The notes below the pieces were generated by a model, which saw only the letters and a list, made by a program, of their open reading frames with translations, was not told the origin of the DNA and did not search any database. The position numbers and the translations under genes are program-made. DNA of 13,624 nt from contig JAYVCD010000443.1 in assembly GCA_043750125.1 (NCBI GenBank), positions 1-13,624 of the forward strand, in the 5' to 3' direction. Below, piece after piece: positions 7,023 to 13,624 of the stretch (positions are counted from its first letter, which is position 1; every line of letters starts with the position of its first letter). The stretch is from Archangiaceae bacterium. GTDB lineage: Bacteria > Myxococcota > Myxococcia > Myxococcales > Myxococcaceae.

Positions 7023-8069
7023 ATGACGCGTTTCGTCCCAGCCTTCGCCGCCTTGAGCCTCGCCGCCTGCCTGTCGAGCCCTCCTCCCCACCCGCGGGCG
7101 CTGGAATGCAACGAGCTCTGCACGGTCTACATCACCCAGGGCGACCTCACCCGCGCCGAAGTTCAGTGCGACCTGGGCCTGCAGTTCTCACCGCAGTACG
7201 CCGACCTCTGGGTGAACAAGGGGTTGATTGCGCTCAAGCGCGGCGAAAATGCGAACGCCAAAGAATTCTTCATCAAGGCGCTTCGCTACAACCAGGAACA
7301 GGCGCAGGCCTACAACAACCTGGGCTGGGTCTATTACAAGGACCGCGCGTACGGAAAAGCGCACGACAATTACCAGCGCGCGTTGAAGGTGAACCCCGAC
7401 TACATCGAGGCCCGCTACAACCTGGCGCTGTGCTTCAAGGACATGGGCGAGAAAGAAAAGGCGAAGAAAGAGCTGCGGACCATCATCGCGGTCAACGCTC
7501 AGATCGCTGACGCCCACGGCCAGCTCGGAGCGATCCTCCATGAAGAGAATTCGCTCGAAGAGGCCGTTTCCGAGCTGAACGCCGCCGTCCAGCTGGACCC
7601 CAAGTTTTCCGAGGCCTGGCTCGAGCTGGGCAACACCCAGATGGACGCGGCCAATTTCGGAGAAGCGGTCGACGCGTACACCGCCTGCATCGACGCGGAC
7701 CCCGCCAATGTGGCGTGCAAGAACAACATCACCATCGCGTCCCGGAAACATGCGCTCTCAGAGCCGGTGACCAAGGACCTCAAAGACAATGCCTCGGGAG
7801 CCAACTCGCCCGAGAAAATGTACACGCTGGCCCTCGGGTACAAAGAGAAGGGCCTGCGCAGCGAGGAAGAGCGGTATTACAAGAAGTGCCTCTCGCTGAA
7901 CGTGAAGTTCGCGCTGTGTCACTACGGCCTGTTCGAGATTTTCAAGATCGACCAACGTCAAAAAGACGCGAAGATCGCCTGCCAGAACTTTTTGAAATTC
8001 GCTGACGCGTCGGACTACAAGTCGCAGGTGGACAACTGCGAACGGTACGTCAGCGCGAACGCCTACTGA
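7023..8069 (+). CDS. Cys-rich tetratricopeptide-repeat lipoprotein
   Basis: MTRFVPAFAALSLAA/C lipobox (Cys16). Consecutive TPRs: ADLWVNKGLI, AQAYNNLGWVY, IEARYNLALCF, ADAHGQLGAIL, SEAWLELGNTQ, EKMYTLALGY, ALCHYGLFEIF. Confidence 0.88.
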   Translation: MTRFVPAFAALSLAACLSSPPPHPRALECNELCTVYITQGDLTRAEVQCDLGLQFSPQYADLWVNKGLIALKRGENANAKEFFIKALRYNQEQAQAYNNLGWVYYKDRAYGKAHDNYQRALKVNPDYIEARYNLALCFKDMGEKEKAKKELRTIIAVNAQIADAHGQLGAILHEENSLEEAVSELNAAVQLDPKFSEAWLELGNTQMDAANFGEAVDAYTACIDADPANVACKNNITIASRKHALSEPVTKDLKDNASGANSPEKMYTLALGYKEKGLRSEEERYYKKCLSLNVKFALCHYGLFEIFKIDQRQKDAKIACQNFLKFADASDYKSQVDNCERYVSANAY

Positions 8070-8086
8070 CATCCACCAGGGGACGA

Positions 8087-9139
8087 ATGGCAGTTCGCCT
8101 CACGGTCAAACAGCGCAGTGAGGAAGGCGGCGCCGAAAAGCCGTCCTCAGTGTTGCTCGAAGACGAAATCATCACGCTGGGCCGCGACCCCAAGTGCGAG
8201 GTGGTGCTTGCGCAGCAGGCTGTCTCGCGCGCGCACGCCCGGATTTCGCACGACGGAACGTTGTTCTTCGTCGAAGATCTCGGCAGCGCCTACGGGACCC
8301 AGGTCAACGGAAGCAAGTTGCCCAAGGGTGAAAAGCATCTGCTCCGCAATGGAGACGTGATCGCGATCGCCCAGTTCGACGTGACCTTCGATCGGGTCGC
8401 GGACGGACAGAAAGCCAACGACGCCGGCAACACCCAGTTCGTCGCGCGCAAGGTCGTCAAAGACGTGATGCGCGGACTGGCGGCGGGCGGCGACCTTCCC
8501 TACTTCCGGTTGATGAACGGACCGCGCGAAGGCCAGCGCATCGAGATCAACGACGCGCAGGAATACGTCATTGGGCGCGAGGAAGGCGTCGACATCGTGC
8601 TGAAAGACGATCTCGTTTCGCGACGTCACGTGAAGATCCGTCGGGACTGGTCCGGAACCCACGCCGAAGATCTGGGCAGCCGCAACGGCTTCAAGATCAA
8701 CAAGAAGAGAACCAAAAAAAAGACGCTCAAAGATCGCGACGAGCTCGAAGTGGGCGGCAGCCGGCTGCTCTACATCGACCCGTCCGAAGTGCGCGAGTCG
8801 CCGGTGGTGCTTCCCGATGAAGAGGACGAGCGCACCGTCTCGCCCGGCCCCGAGGAAGAGGAGCCTGAACCCAAGCGCGCCCTGTCCGTCGTCGAAGAGC
8901 CCGCGGTGGAAGAGCCCGCGGTCGAGCCGGAAGCCGACGCCAGCCCGCCGGAAGGCGAAGTCGACCCGGAAGAAGGCCAGGAAGAGCCTCCGGCCGAGTC
9001 GGAGCTCGAGGGGCAGGACGAAGGTGGACAGGGCGGAGTCGACTTCTCGGACAAGCGCACCATTGCCTTGCTCGGCGCCTCGGCGCTGCTCGGGATCGTG
9101 GCGATCGTCTTCTTGATCTTGCTGCTCGTCGGAGCCTGA
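8087..9139 (+). CDS. Tandem-FHA-domain protein with acidic linker and C-terminal TM anchor
   Basis: FHA1 LGRD...VSRAHA...EDLGSAYGTQVNG...LRNGDVIAI; FHA2 IGRE...VSRRHV...EDLGSRNGFKIN...LKDRDELEVG; Glu/Pro-rich linker; terminal hydrophobic helix. AGGGGA precedes the ATG. Confidence 0.92.
   Translation: MAVRLTVKQRSEEGGAEKPSSVLLEDEIITLGRDPKCEVVLAQQAVSRAHARISHDGTLFFVEDLGSAYGTQVNGSKLPKGEKHLLRNGDVIAIAQFDVTFDRVADGQKANDAGNTQFVARKVVKDVMRGLAAGGDLPYFRLMNGPREGQRIEINDAQEYVIGREEGVDIVLKDDLVSRRHVKIRRDWSGTHAEDLGSRNGFKINKKRTKKKTLKDRDELEVGGSRLLYIDPSEVRESPVVLPDEEDERTVSPGPEEEEPEPKRALSVVEEPAVEEPAVEPEADASPPEGEVDPEEGQEEPPAESELEGQDEGGQGGVDFSDKRTIALLGASALLGIVAIVFLILLLVGA
8891..8929 (+). repeat. 15-bp in-frame tandem repeat (VEEPA x2 plus partial copy)
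   Basis: gtcgaagagcccgcg / gtggaagagcccgcg / gtcgagccg. Confidence 0.8.
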
Positions 9140-9148
9140 CCCGCACCG

Positions 9149-9850
9149 ATGGTTGATCTGCGGCCCCTGACCCTGGGCGAAATCATCGATCGGTCGGCGT
9201 CGTTCTGGCGATCGAACTGGAAGGCGCTCTTCAAGTTGTTCTTGGGTTCTACGGAAACCTGCTCGACCCGCAGCACGCGACCCCCGACGCGGTGCCCCAG
9301 CTGTTCTGAGTTCGGCCGAGCCCGCCTTCGCAATCAGGGCACGCTCGAGCAGCTGACGCGGCGGTTTCGGGCCTGGCTCGGCTCGTTCTTCGAGTCGCGC
9401 GGTGCAGAGACGTACTCGGGGGTCACCCGCTTTCTGGTGCTGGTCGCCGCGTTTGTCGTCGCCGGCTGGGCCACGCTGAGGGTGTGGTCACAGCGACGGC
9501 CGGCACGAGGGGCGACGGTGACGACCGGGCAAGCCCCGATTCAAAAAGCGGACCCCGCCGCCCATCTTGCGCGAGGACGGCAAAAGCTCGCTACTGATCC
9601 GCGAGCGGCGCTGCGCGACGGGCTGCTCGGGCTGCTGTGCCTGCTCGAGCAGCGAAGGCTCGCGCAGCCCGATCGGGTCCAGACCAATCTCGAGTTGGCA
9701 CGCGAGCTTCCCTCGCGTGGCGCCAACCCCGAGCTGGCGCAGACCGTCGACCGCCTGCTGGGTTGGTACGACCGATCGTTCTATTCGCTCGCTCCGATCG
9801 CCACCGCCGAGGCGTTGGCCTTCCTCGAGGACATCGAGCGACTGGCGTGA
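9149..9850 (+). pseudogene. Chimeric ORF: N-terminus of a polytopic membrane protein, an out-of-frame fragment, and a DUF4129-like C-terminal part
   Basis: MVDLRPLTLGEIIDRSASFWRSNWKALF is the typical LRPL..GE..D start of the membrane gene that precedes DUF4129/DUF4350 genes. 9247-9306 reads naturally only in another frame. From 9308: EFGRARLR, a TM helix, then ALR..LL.LL..LE...DRVQTNLEL.R...WYDRSFYS (DUF4129-like). Confidence 0.62.
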
Positions 9851-10968
9851 AGCGCTTCGGGCCCTGGGTGGGGCTGTTCGCGCTCGCGCTCGTTTTCGGA
9901 CTCGCCACCGGAACGGGCGCCCCGGACGATTCTCCGACGGCCTCGATCGGGAATCCCGGGCCCCAGGGCTTGAAGGTGCTCCATACGTGGCTTGCCGAGG
10001 GCGGCTCCCAGGTGCGGGCACTGACCCAGCCGCTGACGACTTTGCCGTCGGGCGTTGAAGTGGTGGTGATCGCCGCACCGACTCAACGGGCGGTGACCCA
10101 AGAGGAAGTTCAGGCGCTCGAAGCGTTCGTGCAGCAAGGAGGAACGCTGATCTACCTGTCTCCCCGCCCCGCCCGATCGCAGCCCCAGCTGCAGCGTTGG
10201 CTTGCACTCGAAGACGAATCGTCCAGGCGGCCCGAGTTGAAAGATGCGGTCCTGGACGACGTAGGCGGGGCGCAGGTCTCGGTCGCAGGCTCCTACGGCG
10301 TCTTGCGCGGGGTGCACCAGCTGCGCGTGTCCTCGGACACCGGGCTCTTCGTCAATGCGTCCGACGCGGTGGCGGTCGCGGGCCATTCGCTCTGGGTTCG
10401 ACCCCTGGGTCAGGGGGAAGTGTGGATCGCCGCGGGAGCCGATCTGGCTGAAAACCGACGACTCGATCTGCTCGACAACCTTCAGCTGTGGAGCAACCTG
10501 CGAACCAAGCAAATCGCCTTCGATGAATTTCACTTCGTCCCCCCCCCGACCCCGCGTTGGTCGGCCAACCTCTGGGCGAGCCTCGTTCAGTTCATTTTCC
10601 TCGGGCTGCTGTTCGTCGCGGCGCGGGCTCCCCGGCTCGGCCCCGCCCGACCCACCCCGAGCAGCCTTCACCGCTCGAGCCTCGAGTACGTCACCTCGAT
10701 GGGAGCGCTGATGCAGCGCGCAGGCGTCGAAGGCGAGCTCAAGCTGAAGTTGCGCGAGCGGCTGCGGCGGTTGATGCACGAACGGCTGGGAATTTCGCTC
10801 GCGCTGAGCGCGGAAGAGGCGTCGAGAATGCTCGCCAGTCACTCTGGGGTCGCGCCCGAGGCATTCCTACAGCTCGATTTGAACCTCAGAGATGACAGCG
10901 GCCCCTTTCTGGTCGCGGCGCAGCAAGCGGCCCGGCTGGAAGACATCATCGTCGGACGGATGGGCTGA
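9847..10968 (+). CDS. Second DUF4350-like membrane-anchored protein
   Basis: GTG overlaps the upstream stop (GTGA). N-terminal TM, SIGNPGPQGLKVLHTWL, FVQQGGTLIY, LGQGEVWIAAGADLAENRRL...DNLQLW, FDEFH, TM, RLGPAR, SSLEYVTSMGAL. Confidence 0.82.
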   Translation: MKRFGPWVGLFALALVFGLATGTGAPDDSPTASIGNPGPQGLKVLHTWLAEGGSQVRALTQPLTTLPSGVEVVVIAAPTQRAVTQEEVQALEAFVQQGGTLIYLSPRPARSQPQLQRWLALEDESSRRPELKDAVLDDVGGAQVSVAGSYGVLRGVHQLRVSSDTGLFVNASDAVAVAGHSLWVRPLGQGEVWIAAGADLAENRRLDLLDNLQLWSNLRTKQIAFDEFHFVPPPTPRWSANLWASLVQFIFLGLLFVAARAPRLGPARPTPSSLHRSSLEYVTSMGALMQRAGVEGELKLKLRERLRRLMHERLGISLALSAEEASRMLASHSGVAPEAFLQLDLNLRDDSGPFLVAAQQAARLEDIIVGRMG

Positions 10969-11131
10969 GCCAGCCGTGTGTCCGAACACTTTTGCAGAGG
11001 AGCGGCGCCGGGCAGTTTGTGCAGCGCAACTACTCTTCGTGAAGAGCAAGCTGAATCCGGTGTCCCTGGGAAGTGACCGGGGCCCGCGACTTGGAATCGT
11101 CGAGGGGAGCGCACCGTGATACGCCACGGGG

Positions 11132-11785
11132 GTGTCCGCCGAAGTTGCGATCGACATCCGCGACGTGAGCAAGCGCTTTGGTCCGAGGTGGGCGTTGGCT
11201 CGCTTGAGCTACACGCTTCCCGTGGGCCGTTCGCTGTTGCTGACGGGCCACAACGGGTCGGGAAAGACGACACTGTTGCGAATGATCGCCACCGCGAGCT
11301 TCCCCACCGCCGGCGCGCTGGTGGTCCTCGGCAACGACTCCCGGGCCGGCCGCGACACGATTCGCCAGCAAGTCGCGCTGCTGTCGCATGCCAGCTTCCT
11401 CTACGAAGATCTGACGGCCTCGCAGAACCTGGTGATCCTCGGCCGGCTGATGGGCCTGGATAATCCCCACCAGGCGGCCGCCGCGCTGCTCGATCGGGTT
11501 GGACTCTCGGCCCGAACCGACAACCCGGTGCGCCAGTTCTCAGCCGGGATGCGCAAGCGGGTGGCGATCGCCCGGCTGCTGCTCAAGTCCCCGCTGTTGG
11601 CCCTGCTCGACGAGCCGTTCGGCGAGCTCGACCCCGCGGGGATCAACCAGATGGAAGGGCTGATCGCCGAGCTGAAAGCCAAAGGCACCACGCTGGTGCT
11701 GGCGACGCATCAGGTCGAGCAGGGCATTCGGCTGACCGAAGCGCGCCTGCACCTCGAGAACGGCCGAATCGCGGAGGCGGCGTGA
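11132..11785 (+). CDS. ccmA: Cytochrome c maturation ABC ATP-binding protein CcmA
   Basis: Walker A GHNGSGKTT, signature FSAGMRKR, Walker B LALLDEPF, H-loop ATH; first gene before ccmB and ccmC. Confidence 0.9.
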   Translation: MSAEVAIDIRDVSKRFGPRWALARLSYTLPVGRSLLLTGHNGSGKTTLLRMIATASFPTAGALVVLGNDSRAGRDTIRQQVALLSHASFLYEDLTASQNLVILGRLMGLDNPHQAAAALLDRVGLSARTDNPVRQFSAGMRKRVAIARLLLKSPLLALLDEPFGELDPAGINQMEGLIAELKAKGTTLVLATHQVEQGIRLTEARLHLENGRIAEAA

Positions 11786-12501
11786 ACGCGCTCGCCGTTC
11801 ATTCGCCGCTTCGGCGGCCGCCCGGGTTGTTGGCGACCGTGCTGATCGTCCTGCGAAAAGATCTGTTGATCGAGTGGCGGACCCGGGCGCGCCTCAACGC
11901 ACTCATTTTCTTCGCCCTCGCCACGCTGCTGATGTTCAACTTCGCGCTCGGCCCGGACACGATGTTGATGCGCGCCCACGCCGCCGGGTACCTGTGGCTG
12001 GCGATCCTGTTTTCGTCGGTGCTGTCGCTGGGTGAGTCGTTTCGAATCGAGTCCGAGAACCTGGCGCTCGATGGAATCAAGCTGGCGCCGGCCGACGCGC
12101 GGGCGATCTTCCTGGGCAAGGCGGTGGGAAACACGCTGATGCTGTTGACGCTGTCGCTGGTGTTGTTGCCCGCCACCGTCGCGCTGTTCGACGTGCGGAT
12201 CACTCTGGGTCTGCCGACTTTGATCGGAATTCTCTTCATCGGGTCGATGGCGATCAGCGCTCCGGGCACGATCTACGCGGCGATTGCTTCCAACGCCCGC
12301 GCCCGCGACGTGCTGCTGCCGTTGCTGTTGTTTCCGATCTTGATCCCCGCCCTGCTGGCGTGCGTGAAGGCCTCGACGCTCGTGCTCCAAGGTGATCCAA
12401 TGGACCAGTTGGGCTCGTGGCTGCGGTTGCTGCTCGCCTTCGTGGTCATCTACTGGTCGATGGGATTCGTGCTGTTTCCCCGCGTCATCGAGGACGACTG
12501 A
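11782..12501 (+). CDS. ccmB: Cytochrome c maturation permease CcmB
   Basis: LRKDLLIEWR, F..E.EN..LDG..LAP, IFLGK and RDVLLPLLLFPILIP; about six TM helices; GTGA overlap with ccmA. Confidence 0.93.
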   Translation: MNALAVHSPLRRPPGLLATVLIVLRKDLLIEWRTRARLNALIFFALATLLMFNFALGPDTMLMRAHAAGYLWLAILFSSVLSLGESFRIESENLALDGIKLAPADARAIFLGKAVGNTLMLLTLSLVLLPATVALFDVRITLGLPTLIGILFIGSMAISAPGTIYAAIASNARARDVLLPLLLFPILIPALLACVKASTLVLQGDPMDQLGSWLRLLLAFVVIYWSMGFVLFPRVIEDD

Positions 12502-12502
12502 C

Positions 12503-13273
12503 ATGAAGCTCGACATTCCGATCGCCCTGATGCTGCTCGTCATCGGCCTGGTCGCCTTGAGCACCTTCAACCCCGCTTCGCGCAAGTGGGTGTGGAAGGT
12601 GATTCCCCTCATCGCGCTGGGAATGCTCGCCGTCCACCCGTACTTCGCGCTGGTGTGGGTCCCTCCCGAACGGGAAATGGGCGACGTGTACCGGATCATC
12701 TACGTCCACGTGCCGCAGATTCAGGTGGCGATGTTCGCGATGGCAATCAACGGGGTGTGCTCGCTGGCGTACCTGATGAAAAAGAGCTGGGTCAGCGACT
12801 CGCTGGCCGAGGCTTCGGCCGAGGTCGCCGTCTATATGGGCGCGGTCGCGGTGATGTTGGGATCCATCTGGGGCAAGCCGACCTGGGGCGTGTACTGGGA
12901 TTGGGATCCGCGCCTCACCACCGCTGCGATCCTGATCGTGACCTACACCGGCTACCTGACGCTGCGCAGCTTCGTCGAAGACCCTGAGAAACGGGCGACC
13001 TGGAGCTCGGTGATGGGGATCATCGCGTTCGTCAACGTGCCGATCACCTACATGAGCGTGAAGTTCTGGAACAGCCTCCACCAGAAGCAGAGCTCTCCGA
13101 AGACGGTCGACCCCCAGATGGTGTGGGTGCTCCACTGGAGCCAGGTCGCGTTCTTCTGCCTGATGGTGACGTTCGTGTACTACCGGTACCAGGTGGCGAA
13201 GAAGACGCGGTCGAAGGAAGTCGCGCTGCCCGAGCAGCTGCCCCCTGCCCGCCCCCGCCCGGAGGCCGCATGA
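12503..13273 (+). CDS. ccmC: Heme-handling membrane protein CcmC
   Basis: WWD motif GSIWGKPTWGVYWDWDPRLT with flanking His ligands in RIIYVHVP and NSLHQ. Start ATG 12503 follows GAGGA. Confidence 0.93.
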   Translation: MKLDIPIALMLLVIGLVALSTFNPASRKWVWKVIPLIALGMLAVHPYFALVWVPPEREMGDVYRIIYVHVPQIQVAMFAMAINGVCSLAYLMKKSWVSDSLAEASAEVAVYMGAVAVMLGSIWGKPTWGVYWDWDPRLTTAAILIVTYTGYLTLRSFVEDPEKRATWSSVMGIIAFVNVPITYMSVKFWNSLHQKQSSPKTVDPQMVWVLHWSQVAFFCLMVTFVYYRYQVAKKTRSKEVALPEQLPPARPRPEAA

Positions 13274-13428
13274 CCTGGACCCTGATTGCCGCCGAGCTCG
13301 CCGCCGAAGCGCCTCGAATGGGAAGAATCGTGGGAGGCTGGGAATACGTGTGGGCTTGCTACATTCTGACCTGGACGGGAATCGTCCTTTACTCGGGCTC
13401 CCTGTTTCTTCGCCTCCGAAAGCCGTAG
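13270..13428 (+). CDS. ccmD: CcmD-like small single-TM protein (52 aa)
   Basis: Lies between ccmC and ccmE with an ATGA overlap and GGAGG upstream. GGWEYVWACYILTW hydrophobic helix and a basic tail. Confidence 0.7.
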   Translation: MTWTLIAAELAAEAPRMGRIVGGWEYVWACYILTWTGIVLYSGSLFLRLRKP

Positions 13429-13438
13429 GTAGGTACCC

Positions 13439-13624
13439 ATGACCCCCGCTACCAAAAATCGCATTCTGGCCATCGGAGCGCTGCTCGTCGCCGGAGGGGC
13501 GTTGGCAGTGATCTCCTGGGGGAACATCGGCGAAAACCTCGTCTACTACTGGACCCCGAGCGAGATGCTGGCCCAGGGCTCCAAAGCGTACGGCCCGACC
13601 GTTCGGCTCGGCGGAGTGGTCGAG
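13439..13624 (+). CDS. ccmE: Heme chaperone CcmE (3'-truncated by the window edge)
   Basis: MTPATKNRILAIGALLVAGGALAVISWGNIGENLVYYWTPSEMLAQGSKAYGPTVRLGGVVE: N-terminal TM, NLVYYWTPSE and VRLGG.V motifs. Not in the ORF track. Confidence 0.9.
   Translation, partial: MTPATKNRILAIGALLVAGGALAVISWGNIGENLVYYWTPSEMLAQGSKAYGPTVRLGGVVE

Noticed and set aside
6915..7123. Overlapping upstream starts for the barrel (7123) and TPR (6915) ORFs
   Set aside because: Signal peptides begin at ATG 6922 (minus) and ATG 7023 (plus), leaving a 100-bp spacer with promoter-like motifs.
7023..8069. Naming the TPR lipoprotein tgl/pilF
   Set aside because: It is similar in type, but length and recalled sequence do not match and no pilus genes are nearby.
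9637..9846. Upstream extension of the second DUF4350-like ORF (similarly 12392-12502 for ccmC and 13123-13269 for ccmD)
   Set aside because: These overlap the preceding gene out of frame; coupled starts at 9847, 12503 and 13270 fit better.
11041..11100. Cobalamin-riboswitch-like words (gaatccgg, ctgggaag)
   Set aside because: The other conserved elements and their order are missing, and the downstream genes are not B12-related.
1..13624. CRISPR arrays, IS elements, tRNA/rRNA genes, and the remaining short alternative-frame ORFs
   Set aside because: No spaced direct repeats, transposase motifs, terminal inverted repeats or cloverleaf patterns were seen. The other ORFs are Arg/Pro/Ala-rich shadows of the called genes.

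Overview
GC-rich bacterial DNA; gene content and protein style suggest Myxococcota (inference). The window is almost fully coding. In order: (1) a MoxR-type membrane module: 5'-truncated DUF4350-like gene, MoxR AAA+ ATPase, DUF58/VWA-like gene with a 1-nt frameshift near its 5' end, and a Zn-ribbon/DUF4190-like membrane protein; (2) an overlapping pair of a small ORF and a minimal nucleotidyltransferase, apparently internally deleted, with atypical codons; (3) divergent SpoIIM-like (DUF95) and RDD genes separated by a 33-bp near-palindromic spacer; (4) an outer-membrane beta-barrel gene divergent from a Cys-rich TPR lipoprotein and a tandem-FHA membrane-anchored protein; (5) a second, damaged copy of the membrane module (a three-piece chimeric ORF ending in a DUF4129-like domain, then an intact DUF4350-like gene); (6) the start of a system I cytochrome c maturation operon (ccmA, ccmB, ccmC, ccmD-like, partial ccmE). 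No rRNA, tRNA, CRISPR array or transposase was seen. Family assignments come from motif recognition, not from database searches.
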